The translations under genes and the position numbers were made by a program. A model generated the notes under the pieces. That model searched no databases, was not told the DNA's origin, and saw nothing but the letters and a program-made list of their open reading frames with translations. DNA of 64,000 nucleotides. It comes from Octopus vulgaris. Lineage: Eukaryota. Position 1 is the stretch's first letter. The number at the start of each line of letters is the position of its first letter. The stretch covers positions 118,792,001 through 118,856,000 of the forward strand of contig OX597820.1 of NCBI GenBank assembly GCA_951406725.2, in the 5' to 3' direction. Shown here in pieces: positions 13,227-26,828 of this stretch.

Positions 13227-13266
13227 AAAGCATACCATGGTTTCGTCATAAGCTATTCATTGCCTT
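13227..13266 (-). ncRNA. Hammerhead-like motif with a variant core (A3-U8)
   Basis: Minus strand: AAGGCA - ATGAATA - GCTTATGAC - GAAA CCATGG TA - TGCTTT. Stem I is 6 bp, stem III is the palindrome ACCATGGT, the cleavage triplet is GUA; stem II is imperfect. Confidence 0.45.
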
Positions 13267-13394
13267 GAATAAACACCGGCTAATGAACGGTGTCAGGTCT
13301 AATAGTTCCTGAGTAAAAAGATGATTTGTAAGGGAGGTAAGTAGTTCTGGATTTAGTGCAGTTGTGTTGAATATAGAATTGTATTGTGAATATA

Positions 13395-13489
<95 letters not shown>

Positions 13490-14012
13490 ATATATATTTC
13501 GGAATGATCATTTTGCCAGTTTAGCCAATAAATCTTGCACAACAAATATGTAAACGTATATATATATATATATATTTTAAGTTCGTTTACGGAAGACGTC
13601 TTTAGTATAGATATAAATGCTTCTATTCTATTATGCCAGCAACAGCCTGATGATATTAACTGGCAGTAACAGTTTTTTAGGGTTGTACCGAGCTGTGCCT
13701 ATATATTGTAAGATACATATAGAAAAATATAGTAATAATAATACGTGGACGGAATTTTTAGATATTTTGAGGCATCGTTACACGAGTTTCCCCATATCAC
13801 ATGTTTCTGAAGATTACAGCATGTATTTCTGGAATGGTTGCAGAATGGTACAGTCCGTAGTATTCATGGATATTGAGTGGATCATAGTCATGCGTTCATT
13901 TCAACTGTACCGTAATCATCTCAAGAATATGGGCTATCATCTTAAGAAATATGTGCTCTGTGGAAATGCGCGTACCGATGCATTAACAAATTTATATATT
14001 GTATCCATGGAT

Positions 14013-14510
<498 letters not shown>

Positions 14511-15021
14511 AATCTCTTCCTATATACACGTATAAATATTTGTATATATATGTGTATTTACTTATGTATAAATACAAGTGTCCCTGTGTTTGTATATGTA
14601 CGTATGTATACATATAGATACACATATGTATATACCCTAACAAGCAAATACACACACACGCACACACACACATATATATGTAATACACAAACATACGTAT
14701 ATATACACACATGTCTATGTATGTCTATATACATTTGCATGCGTGTGTTTGTGTCAGTATCTCATCTAATGCATTAATTATATCCATATTTCAAACGTTG
14801 GAGTTACAGAAGTTCTACAGATACATTAATTATCGAAAATTTTTTACTTTCTCCTCTCTTTTTTTTTCATTCTGATAGTATACACTATTTAAATGATTTT
14901 GTAGTTTGAGTCTCCAGAGTTTACACAAAACATTATATAACCAAACATGTACTGAGACGCATTTCATCGATTGTATCTCTCACCTATTAAATTTGACTTT
15001 CTGCTAACACTGGAATTTTTG

Positions 15022-15096
15022 AAATACTTTGGTCTTTTGTGATAACCTGTTTTCATTTAAAATACTTTGGTCTTTTGTGATAACCTGTTTTCATTT
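15022..15096 (+). repeat. 38-bp tandem duplication
   Basis: AAATACTTTGGTCTTTTGTGATAACCTGTTTTCATTT occurs twice in tandem. Confidence 0.9.
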
Positions 15097-15114
15097 TGTA
15101 CCCTTCAATCAAGT

Positions 15115-15399
15115 GGAGGCACATGGCCTAGTGGTTAGAGCAGCGGACTCGTAGTCGAGGGATCACAGGTTCGAATCTCAGACCGGGCGATGTGTGTGTT
15201 TATGAGCGGAACACCTAAGCTCCACGCGGCTCCGGCAGAAGGTAATGGCGAGCTTCTGCTGACTCTTCCGCCACAACTTTCTCTCACACTTTCCTCCTGC
15301 ATCTTGCAGCTCACCTGCGATGGACCGGCTATACGCCAAGGAAACCGGGAAACCGACCCTTATGAGCCAGGCATGGCTCGAGAAGGAACAAACAAAAAC
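15115..15399 (+). mobile_element. tRNA-derived SINE family C
   Basis: A box TGGCCTAGTGG, B box GGTTCGAATCT, CCTGCGATGGAC block, tail AAGGAACAAACAAAAAC; second copy at 47109-47389. Confidence 0.9.
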
Positions 15400-15639
15400 C
15401 TGTCAATCAAAGATGTACACCAGAATGGGTTTGTGCCGACTCCTCCAGATCAGTACGATTCATAATGCTTTAAGGGTGCAGAAAATATGGACTTGTGACT
15501 AAGATATTTGTCGAGAATAATTTTACGTGGATTGAATGGAAATATATCATCTTGGAGAAGTAAAAGACAAATTATTTTGAATATCCATTCCTCAGTCAGC
15601 GGATGCCTTACACTACTGTCGATGCAACAAATTGGCTTT

Positions 15640-15843
15640 GAGTCTTGGCACAAGGCCAGCAATTTTGAGGGGGTTGGAGTAAGTCGATTACATACTCAAC
15701 TGGTACTTATATTATTATCGCTTCCTAAACAATAACAGGCAAATTCGACGTCGGTAGAATTTGAACTCAGGGCACAATAAAGGCTGGCGAAACGTCGCTA
15801 GCATTTTTGCAGGCATGCTAACTATTCTGCCAACTCACCGCCT
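15640..15843 (-). mobile_element. Diverged SINE family B relative
   Basis: GTCGATTACAT..ACTGGTACTT..GAATTTGAACTCAG..GCTAAC..CTGCCAACTCACCGCCT matches the family B copy at 31584-31856. Confidence 0.7.
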
Positions 15844-16097
15844 TACCAATGCATATTATATTGGCTGTAAATCAATAGTTTATGTAATTCGGTTTATATT
15901 GAAACACCATGTGACTCTTCAAGCATATCTGGGATTAAAAGGAACAGGACTTGAAGTGGAATTTTTCCTGTTTTGAGGCAAAGTAGTGCTCTCGTTCTGT
16001 CTCTGAAATCAGACAGATTTTGCTTTGTTCATCGAAGACACAAAACATGCATTAATTAAACATTTCTATTATTGCATGCACTACATTTAAATTAGCT

Positions 16098-16520
16098 TAC
16101 TCTTTTCTCTTTTACTTGTTTCAGTCATTTGACTGCGGCCATGCTGGAGCACCGCCTTTAATCGAGCAACTCGACCCCAGGACTTATTCTTTGTAAGCCC
16201 AGTACTCATTCTATCGGTCTCTTTTGCCGAATCGCTAGGTGACGGGGACATAAACACACCAGCATCGGTTGTCAAGCAATGCTAGGGGGACAAACACAGA
16301 CACACAAACATACACACAAACATACACACACACACACATATATATATACATATATACGACAGGCTTCTTTCAGTTTCCGTCTACCAAATCCATTCACAAG
16401 GCATTGGTCGGCCCGGGGCTATAGCAGAAGACACTTGCCCAAGATGCCACGCAGTGGGACTGAACCCGGAACCATGTGGTTGGTTAGCAAGCTACTTACC
16501 ACACAGCCACTCCGGCGCCT
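16098..16520 (-). mobile_element. SINE family A, full length
   Basis: Complete head, internal CA/TA microsatellite and tail. Confidence 0.95.
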
Positions 16521-17195
16521 TCATACAATTTTTTAACATAATCTGCCTATGTAGGACCATGAAGAATTAATTACACTTAATTATGTACTGCAGGTTACGC
16601 TTTTAGTTAAGTCAATACTCTTTCGATTTGAATAGATGTATCCCTCTCTCTGTCCCGATATTCAATCTCTTAACAAGCATGCGTCATCATATTTAATATC
16701 CATTAACTAGTTCCGCCTGTTATAAACCATTAGTCAGTAGCCAAGTCAGGACATGGCATCTTCTACGGAAACCTGATGCGACATCCCTATCGGTATCTCC
16801 GTCTTACAACAAATTGTCAAGATACAATACGAAGTAGGTTCAGCTCTGGGAGAGGAATTCTTTACAATATCCATGGTAGCGTATCGTATTTAAAATTTTT
16901 GAAAGCGTTCTTTAATAAAAAAAAAAAAGGAACTTCTTTTCTTCCCGGGTCCTAGTCCAGTGTGTATGTTCAACAAACCTGGATTAAGTCCTGTTTCTAT
17001 TAATCTACACAAATTTGAGTTGATGCAAGTTAAAAAGAAAGATGAGTAAAGATGTCAAAGTCGAAGCAGAAGACAAATTAAATACCTTAGAGTGTTTATA
17101 CTTCTGCGCACGCAGTCATCTATATGTCGATATGTGTGTGGCCGTCACTGTTTGTATAGATGGAAGCACAAACAAACACTCACACGTAGAATATA

Positions 17196-17590
17196 TCTTT
17201 ATATATAAAAGTGAAGTTGTGTGTCTGTCTCCTACTATTTAGATTCCTAACTCCTCCCACATTTTGCGGTGCAGTTTAACCAAAACCGGGTATCTTATAG
17301 TCGTGATTCATATCAAGCCTTTCGGGGTATTAGCGCGCATCTACGATGAGTCTACGATTAAAAAAAAATTACCATCATTTTTTTCCATTTTAATGCATTT
17401 TTTCGCTATTATATAAGGGAACTAACTCTCTAAAAATGTCTACGATGAGTCAATGATTTAAAAAAAAATTTACCAAAATTTTTTTCCATTTTTAATGAAT
17501 CTTTTTGCTATTTTTTGGCTATAACTCTCTAAAAATGCTTATATAGTTATTTCCCTTACAAACCCGAGCAACGCCGGGCGATACTGCTAG
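17196..17590 (+). mobile_element. Non-autonomous Helitron
   Basis: Canonical ends: A|TC at the 5' end; hairpin CCCGAGCAACGCCGGG then CTAG|T at the 3' end; no TSD; internal ~100-bp tandem duplication (TCTACGATGAGTC..). Confidence 0.88.
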
Positions 17591-17939
17591 TATATGTATA
17601 AATGCAAATATGTATTTATGTGTATATGTGGGCATATGTATGGATATGTGAGAGTCTGTAAACTACAATGGTCTATCAATAGAAAGGGTCGGAGCGGATG
17701 CAATATATTTTATTTAGTTTGGGCCGACTGAATAAGAAATTCTGCGTCCGTCAGTTCTTCAGAAAAAGGAACAAATTACTGCGACTTATAAAGGATTCTG
17801 AAATTATTATAATATGCTGATTTCAGCCATTTGGATACCAGTACGTTCTTTGGCAGTGTGATAATTCGGTACCTACATCCATTCATTCTTAAGAAAAGGG
17901 GAATTGGTTTAACTGCAAGTTCTATTAAGAAATAAAAAC

Positions 17940-17987
17940 GATGTATGTATGTCCATCCATCCATCCCTCCATCGGTCCGTCCGTCCG

Positions 17988-18065
<78 letters not shown>

Positions 18066-18210
18066 CATCCATCCATCTAAGTATGTATGTATGTATGTAT
18101 CTATCTATCTTTCTATCAATCGATGTATGTATATTTGTATGTATGCATGCATGTATGTATGTATATATGTATGTATGTATGTATGTATGAATCTATCTAT
18201 CTATCTATCT
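17940..18210. repeat. Tetranucleotide microsatellites (CCAT/TCTA/TATG)
   Basis: Directly visible. Confidence 0.95.
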
Positions 18211-18440
18211 ATATACTTTATTTAAAGCAGCAGAAAATTTCCATTATCGACTCACTCGCTACTTCTATCTACCTCACAAACTCCCGCCAACGTTCATTGT
18301 CTGATGAACGGCAACGAGAAACTCAGAGTAACAGATTTTGTTGAATTTTCTGCTGCTTTAAATAAAGCATATTACTCTACCACTGGTATTTGAGTACTCT
18401 TTTTTCCACCTTGTTTCACATTTATGTGTTTAATCCGGTA
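18211..18440 (+). mobile_element. Penelope-like terminal-repeat fragment with an inverted 5' end and captured local DNA
   Basis: 18211-18239 is inverted relative to 18344-18372 (28/29); hammerhead motif at 18297-18334; 18238-18298 is the reverse complement of 19030-19090. Confidence 0.65.
18297..18334 (+). ncRNA. Minimal type I hammerhead ribozyme motif
   Basis: TTGT - CTGATGA - A CG GCAA CG A - GAAA CTC A GAG TA - ACAG: canonical core, GNRA-capped stem II with a mismatched closing pair, quasi-palindromic stem III, GUA cleavage triplet. Confidence 0.65.
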
Positions 18441-18655
18441 TCTATCTATCTATCTATATATATATATATATCTATATGATTATATAATGTACCAACATTT
18501 CCACAGGCACACATTAACAGTTGTTTACTGATGTAGAACACTGCACTCGAACGTATCATATAAAGATTACACATAAAAGGTATTTTTGCTTATATTTAAA
18601 TTTGCATAAGCATTTGTGTGTTTGTATTGGGATCGTGTACGCCTTTATATTTTAT

Positions 18656-18712
<57 letters not shown>

Positions 18713-18758
18713 GTATGTGCGTGCCTGTGTGTATATACATACATACATATATATATTC

Positions 18759-18803
<45 letters not shown>

Positions 18804-19235
18804 TGAGAGAGAGAGAGAGAAATATCCAAGTGGGGGAAGAAGTCTAAGGAGAAGTTAAGAGTGATGTACAGTTAGATATATAGCTTTAAAAAGTTAGACG
18901 CTTTGATTGATAGACAGAAGAACTGAATTGATAAATGAATAGATGTAAAGAAGAAGAATAAGGTAAGGGTGTGTTTGAGTCATTTGTGTGGGTGGATAGA
19001 TACGTGTATATGTATGTATATGGTAATGAAATGAACGTTGGCGGGAGTTTGTGAGGTAGATAGAAGTAGCGAGTGAGTCGATAATGGAAAGCGAAATAAA
19101 TAATGAATTAACTGGGAAAAGGTCATAGAGAGACGTATAGACTGGCACGATTGGTCAACAAAACACATTCACACATACACACACCATCTCCATTTATATA
19201 CACATACGCACACACACATAAACACACACACACAG

Positions 19236-19266
<31 letters not shown>

Positions 19267-19528
19267 TATATATATATATATATATTATAATAATACATGT
19301 ATATATATTCTTATATACATATATATACATTTATACACAGGCACACGCACGCACGCGCTCGCGCATACACACACGTATGAATATATATATACATTCATGC
19401 AGACGCCCGTACACACACACACATATATGTAGTCATACATTCATACACAGGCACACGCACACGTGCGCACACACACATATATGCATATATGTGTGTGTGT
19501 GCGTGTATGTGTGATATATATATATATG

Positions 19529-19708
19529 TTTCTTTATTACCCACAAGGGGCTACACACAGAGGGGACAAACAAGGACAGACAAGCGAATTAAGTCGATTA
19601 CATCGACCCCAGTGCGTAACTGGTACTTAATTTATCGACCCCGAAAGGATGAAAGGCAAAGTCGACCTCGGCGGAATTTGAACTCAGAACGTAGCGGCAG
19701 ACGAAATA
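19529..19708 (-). mobile_element. SINE family B body monomer (no head)
   Basis: The minus strand starts TATTTCGTCTGCC, contains B box GAGTTCAAATTCC and TTTCATCCTTTCGGGGTCGATAAATTAAGTACC, and ends GGGTAATAAAGAAA. Confidence 0.92.
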
Positions 19709-20111
19709 TATATATAAATATACTTCTACAAAACACACACACGTATATATCGGTATTTCCGGATGATTCATTGAATCTGCTCCGTGTTTCACGCAAGCCT
19801 TATGCAGACGATCCATCTAGCAAGGTATTATTAGATCTTCCGTGATTAAGGAAATCCGTGTGTCCGATTCACACCAGTTGCCACCGTTCGGCCACCATAG
19901 AGGCAAGAATATCACTTACTGCCCTATCGACAAAGTACTATGATCTAGAAGAATACTCCCATTCCAAGAAAAACCATTCCATGACCGTTGACCTTCGTTC
20001 AAGAACCTTGACGAAATATTTGGCGATAGAAGAATAACTTCTCCTGCCTCCAGCGTAGTGTATCATCCAAGACATTTAACTTTTACCTTTGATTTCTTGT
20101 AGTCCTTAGAC

Positions 20112-20315
20112 AACGGCCATGCTGGGGCACCGCGATGCTTACTTTTGTCGAATGAATTTTGTTAAGCTTGGCACTTTCTCTATCGGTCTCTTTTGCCAAG
20201 CCGCTAAGTTAAGGGAACGTAAAGGCACCGACACCATTTGCCATGCGGTGCTTTCTGGACAAATACACATACACGTATATGCACACACGGACACATACAC
20301 ACACACGCACACGCC
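20112..20315 (-). mobile_element. Diverged SINE family A, 3' half
   Basis: CGGCCATGCTGGGGCACCGC..TATCGGTCTCTTTTGCCAAGCCGCTAAG. Confidence 0.7.
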
Positions 20316-20475
20316 CCACCCATCACATTAATTTATTTCGCCATTTTCAAGCTCAGAATACGACATTTCGACAGTTGTTTTTTAAAGCAGAAGACGTGTA
20401 AGGAAAGAACACTCATTAGGAAGAAGACAAAAGGGAGTAGACAAGTGAGGTAATCATCGTTGGAAGAGTGTCATG

Positions 20476-20923
20476 GAATCTTCTCGGTTTGAACGGCAGT
20501 TTTTTAACATAATTTCTTGGTAACTAAAAAATTTAAAACTTCGTATACTGGTAGAATGTGTTTATAAAACATCTTTTTCTGTTGGCTTTATTGAGAAAAT
20601 TCTATAGTTTGTAAGATATTTGTTGTTGTTTTTCTTCAATTTCTGCAATTTTAACCAATCACTGACGTCCATTGAGGTAAACAACATTCTGTGCCGTATG
20701 AATATGTCCCTCGTTTAAGAAACAGATTGGGTTTATTTACATTTGTGAAGAAAAAAGATACCCTTCCCCCACTCCTAGCCCTAACCCTAAGCCTAACTAA
20801 CCCTAACCCTAAAATAGATTGAAATGCAATAGATCGATACTAGGGTCATAATTATGGGTGACAATTTCATATGACACCGCTAGAAAAAACTGCCGTTCAA
20901 ACCGAAAAGATCCGAAAAGATCC
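20476..20923. mobile_element. MITE with ~30-bp TIRs and an 8-bp TSD (Merlin-like)
   Basis: TIRs G(A/G)ATCTT(C/T)TCGGTTTGAACGGCAGTTTTTT; TSD GTGTCATG at 20468-20475 and 20924-20931; the terminal 10 bp of the right TIR is duplicated. A GG terminus with an 8-bp TSD suggests Merlin (inference). Confidence 0.8.
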
Positions 20924-21048
20924 GTGTCATGTAATTTATCAACGTGTTTTAAAACAATCCTATCTTCTTTATGGAGTTGATAAGAGTGGCTTCGAACATT
21001 TAGAGATACATGTTTGCGGCAGCTGTCCGAATTTTTCTGAGAGCGCAG

Positions 21049-21277
21049 CAGGTATACACCTACTATCGTGGGTGTTATGTTCCAAAAACCCCCACGATAG
21101 GAGAAAATCCGCGAATTAGAAACAGTACTGTACTGTATTTTTTAAAATCATTTTTATAATTTGTATATATATTTATTTTATTATAAATTCACAAACAATA
21201 CCACGGAGAAATCGACGTAAGCTTAAACAATAAAATAAACCGCGATAGGTGAACCGCGATATGGCGAGGGGTTACTG
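21049..21277. mobile_element. pogo/Tigger-like MITE
   Basis: Right end CCGCGATATGGCGAGGGGTTACTG|TA and a degenerate left end CAGGTATACACCTACTATCGTGG; internal CCGCGATAGGTGAA subterminal repeats. Confidence 0.65.
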
Positions 21278-21340
21278 TATTTTCTCATTAAATTTTGATT
21301 TCCATTGTACGAACTTGATTATGTTTGCCGCCTTTCTTTA

Positions 21341-21601
<261 letters not shown>

Positions 21602-21614
21602 TTATATTTATATT

Positions 21615-21645
<31 letters not shown>

Positions 21646-21652
21646 ATATATA

Positions 21653-21715
<63 letters not shown>

Positions 21716-21883
21716 CAAGAGAGTTAGAGGTTGTGAATTCAACCAACTAAGGGGTAGTATCTATCCAATATACTGTTGGTAGAATACCTAATTAATACAC
21801 AAGTTTTGGTTATTGTGTAGTAATTACCCTACTGAATATAATGATTAGGGGAGGGTAATAAATAGTTTTACCCTTAATTTATT

Positions 21884-22024
21884 TGGCAAGAAGAAAATGG
21901 AGGGAATCCAGAGGTTTTTTTCATCAGCTGTTAGACATCATATTATGTCTATTTATTTATTATATTATAATGTCTAACAACTGATGAATAGTACCTTTGG
22001 ACTCCCTCCGTGTTCTTCATGCCA
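21884..22024. repeat. Imperfect inverted repeat (55-bp arms)
   Basis: 21884-21938 versus the reverse complement of 21970-22024, about 9 mismatches. Confidence 0.8.
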
Positions 22025-22198
22025 TATATATATATATATAGTTATGATATTTTCTTTTAAGAACATAGTAGAGTACAGTATAAAGCTCGTCCACACTATC
22101 AGATACCCCCTTGTGCTCTCCGGTAGTAGTATTATACATACTTCCAGGTTTGCATTTGGGCATCTGCCGTTTGTGAATAGGTAATCGAAAAAATTTGG

Positions 22199-22294
22199 AG
22201 TCAACAAAAAGGGGTACAGTTGGACATTTATTTTCAACCACTACAATTGTAGTGAATGAAAATAAATATCCACCCGTACTCCTTCTTGTTGACT
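22199..22294. repeat. Spacer-less imperfect palindrome (48-bp arms)
   Basis: Centre CACTACAA|TTGTAGTG; the arms differ at about 7 positions. Confidence 0.8.
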
Positions 22295-23264
22295 AAAGTT
22301 TTTTCAGCTGTGTGTGTGTATTTATTAATTGTAAAGTTTATTCTCTATCTCTCGCAAGTTAACGTTCACTTCCAACGCAGAGATGCTATAAACATGTCAT
22401 TACTAATATGTAAAGGTCATCAAAACGTATTGGATGCTGAATATCATCGTTCTTATATCACACATTTGAAGCAGAAGACAGTCGCCAACAGTCGCCACCA
22501 CCCACTTGTGCGTTCATTCGGAGGGTTTTGCTTATCTACGTAGTAAGACCTAAATCATAGACGGGAAATACATACGACTTACTGCCAACTCCTTCAAATT
22601 CCGTTATTTCCTCCATCTACAAACATTTTGAAATCAGAGACAGGCAAACTCTAATTATGTCACCAAATTTTCTGGTACTCAGAAGTATCGACTGAAGCAT
22701 AGACCAACATGTACTAAGCTATACCATGTTCAAATATATCTATATACTTCAGTGAAGTTCCGATTATAAAAGCTACCATTGATATCAAATTAAATGGGAT
22801 TCAAAATATCATCTAGTTATAATCGAAGAAATATTTTTCCGTGTTCCTGAAAATCCATGGGAACCCATTTCAATCTGAAGTCTCCAAGATTCAAACAAAT
22901 ACATTTGTGAGGCTCGTTCTGCTTTATTTTAAACAACATTAATCATTCGAGGCATTCAAAATTTGATGCATATTCAGTAACGCACGTTGCGCAATGATAA
23001 CTGACCTAGAACAAAAGCTCTAACAAAACGGCTTCTGTAATTCACAAGATACTGCCTGCTCGATCGTGCGTGTAGCGCATGTGAGAAACGTTGTGCTGCA
23101 ATAGAATGTATGAGAAATCAATTGCTTATAAATATAAAACTACACACCTACTTTTCCTACTCTTTCCTTTTATTTGCGAAAACAGCAACACTCAGACACA
23201 TACGTCATAATACATACACATACGCGTATGTACACACACACACACACACGTACTGTGTGCGTGC

Positions 23265-23317
<53 letters not shown>

Positions 23318-23378
23318 TATGTGAATATTATGTGTGTGAACGTGTATGTTGAAGTATACACATACATGCGCACATATG

Positions 23379-23433
<55 letters not shown>

Positions 23434-23662
23434 CTATGCATGTTTGTGTGCGTGTGTATGTACTCGTACATATATACATACATAATGAATTAAGGAAAGA
23501 ACGACAAGGAATTTGATGAAAGCAATCTTCAATAGAGAAAACAATCGAAGAAGGAGATAAAGAAAGAAAAAAATTAAAGAAGGAGAGGATGAATGAACAG
23601 CGAAACGAAGAAAGAAAGTGAAAAGAACAAAGTAAAAAGGGAAGGAAAGAAACATTGGAAAT

Positions 23663-23885
23663 GAGGAGGAGGAAAAGAAGAAGAAGAAGAAGAAGAAGAA
23701 GAAGAAGAAGAAGAAGAAGAAGAAGGTGATGATGATGATGATGATGAGGATGATGATGATGATGATGATGAAGGAGAAGAAGAAGAAGAAAAAGAAGATG
23801 ATGATGATGAAGAAGAAGAAGAAGAAGAAGAAGAAGAAGAAGAAGAAGAAGAAGAAGAAGAAGAAGAAGAAGAAGAAGAAGAAAA
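23663..23885. repeat. (GAA)n/(GAT)n trinucleotide microsatellite
   Basis: Directly visible. Confidence 0.95.
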
Positions 23886-24506
23886 GCAATTAAGGGTAAA
23901 TTTAAAGTAAAGCCATAACTTGTTAATAAAATTGTTTTGATCGAAAATGACATGAAATTAAAACTTGTTTTTTGTGTTTGGTTGTGAGGAAGATGATTAA
24001 TGGAAGCTACTGTTAACTTGACTCTCATCTACTTTAATATATTTAATTTACTCGTGCATCTCACACCAATTTATGTTTTAATCGAATTTAGACACTTTCG
24101 TCTCTGCAAATCCTAAGCTAGCATCTCGCTGTAAACTGAATCGCTGTAACCTAATAGACAGTCAACGTGAATAACGAAGCACACACCATTTTTCAACTTC
24201 TCAAGTGAAATCTTCAGATTTTTAAACACTGTTTTAGCTTTCCAAGATGGCAGTCGTAGCTGGAACTGTCTAAATGTGATAAATTGTCTTCGAAACGGCA
24301 CCCCGGGGATGTCAACTCACAGAGGGCGGCTACAGTAATCTACTTATAAAACAAAGGTAGAAGCACACAAAACTATTCGTTATATTACAAGGACAATTTT
24401 CCTGCGAATTCCAAAGACACATGTGGTTCCTGGTACCTTTCTTTCTCCCTTTCTCTCCCTAAAAAATTGCTAAACCCGAAATCGAGTGCTTTGTCAGTCG
24501 AGTGTT

Positions 24507-24575
<69 letters not shown>

Positions 24576-24687
24576 CATATATATATATATACATATATAT
24601 GCATGTATGTATGTATGCTAGTATGAATGTAAGTATTTAAGTTTGTATGTATGTGTGCGTGTATATATGTATCCATATTCATGTTTT

Positions 24688-24729
<42 letters not shown>

Positions 24730-26828
24730 CATATGTTTGCACGACATCTATGTTGCGTATGTTGTACAGAGTGAAAAAGGAAATAATCATATATTCGTAT
24801 GTCGTTATTTTGATTCCATTTTTACGTATGTAAGAATTAATTTAAAATATAACCGTCTTCCAAGAATGCAGAGTATAATTTCAGGAAATGTGGCTGGTGT
24901 TTGTAGCAGATCAGGTAACCTTGTCATTGGCTCAAATAAGGTAAGAAGTTATTTGGGATTGGTATTTGTTAAGACATTTAACAGAAATCCAATCGCTAAT
25001 ACAATAATGCGCGAGTCAGTGGTAGTTCTTTCACGATGTAATCTACATTAAAAATAAAAGATAGAGAATTGATATTCTATATCTTTCAATTATATTTAAA
25101 TTATTATAAAATATATAATTTATCCTCTGGGATATATATCTATACTATCTTATACGTTATTTATTGAATTTTTTTCTCCTTTGCTTCGACAAATTCCATT
25201 GAAATTTTCTAATTTTTAGAACATAAACATCTTTATCGTATTTTGTATCGGAATTCCATTGAGATTGATAGAAATCGATTTATTTTATGAACATTAGTAT
25301 CCAGGACTATTGAGCAAAGCATTTCTTTTTAAATAGATTCCATTTTTTTTTTATTGATTCTACGAATCGGTTTTTCATTAACACGAAGCCTCAGACTTGT
25401 AGGTGATGGGAAATGGGTGGTGATGGCCTGCATAAATTTCAGAAAAGTATTAACGACATTACTTTAGTTTAGAGACTATATTTCGGAATGAAATAATTTA
25501 GCAATACTCTTGCTGATGGCTTGAAAGACCTAAATTCCACGTTTCCGTGTCAATAAACAGCTGAGTATTAGTTAAAACCGTTCGTACCACCTGTGTACAG
25601 TGAAATCGTTATATACTCTGGCATAACATAGATCTTTCTAAAATTCTTATTTACTCTCCTGAAGGTTAACCATCTTTTACGCTGTAGTTCAATATGCTAG
25701 AAACTGCAGTCAAATCTTGCACCGATCGTATTATACCGTCTTAAACCAGGAAAACGACCTATAGCAATTGCAATGCGTCGTATGTGAAAAGTGCCTCAGC
25801 GGTCACGGATTAAACATCTATTTTACACAATCAACACCAAACGAAATAAGACAACATACATATTCTTTATTTAACACGTTTACCACATAACACAATTTTC
25901 AGAATATAGTTAGCAAAATAACACCAGACGATCAACCATCTCATCTTTTCTATATGTTTTACCTCTAAACGTATGCCGTTGTTGATAAAGAATTTGAAAT
26001 AAGAGTTACTGACGGTACAGGGCTCTATTAGAGAAATTGGCTCGAGGTTCTAAATAAAAGAACCGACAAAGCAACAGTGGGATTTGGAAAGTTAATTAAA
26101 ATGATGTCTATTATCAGAAAAATAGTTTATCAGAAATAGATATCACGGAACTAAAACACAGATTTACTAATAATACTTAGGAATTAACGAACTAAACAAA
26201 GGGTATAACACACAACTGACAATAAAATGTTATCAAAGAATTTGATAATCGCATTAGAATAATAGTAAAACCAAAGTTAAATACGAGTTAATTAGGTAAT
26301 ACGCATCAATTCTCAAATGACTTATATAATGATAAAATTTTACCTTTTTTCTCGAAGTGGCGTTACATACACTTGCAAGACTAGAGAGGGACAAACAGCA
26401 TAAATGTATTCGCATTACAGCGCAAAAAGGGGCTCGAAATTTAATATTGGCAACGAATCTATGGAAAACCTGGTGCAATAAACACCGGAGAGATTTTGCC
26501 TTATGCAGAAACAGATGGAGATACTCAGAGGTACAGCAAGCTCTTCTGAATCAGTCGCAATTTCGGAAATGCTTTCGTATGATCAGCAGGGGTCCTAGGA
26601 TTACAAATTTCATTCCCTAGACTTTAACATTTTCCTGAATTAAGTAGTGAGAACTGAGCTAGTTCAGTCTTTGCTTGCGGAAGGGTTTCAACAGTGGTTC
26701 CTAGTCAACCTCATCCAACATTAGTTGGTTTCAACTGCCATGGTTTTCTTCTGTCGTCTGGGTCCCAAATTAATCTTCTACAAGAAACAGAACATTGATC
26801 TAACTGAAATGCTAGTAGAGGAGGAGAG

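Noticed and set aside
15115-15190. Functional tRNA genes at SINE heads (also 3821, 27130, 47109, 54275, 60147)
   Set aside because: A/B boxes are present, but I could not fold complete cloverleaves and each continues into a repeat body and tail.
20773-20812. True telomere or chromosome-fusion site
   Set aside because: Only a few degenerate CCCTAA units, located inside a TIR/TSD-bounded element.
21921-21990. CTGATGA motifs in the inverted repeat arms (and at 2408-2414, 12162-12168) as ribozymes
   Set aside because: No correctly placed stem II-GAAA-stem III follows.
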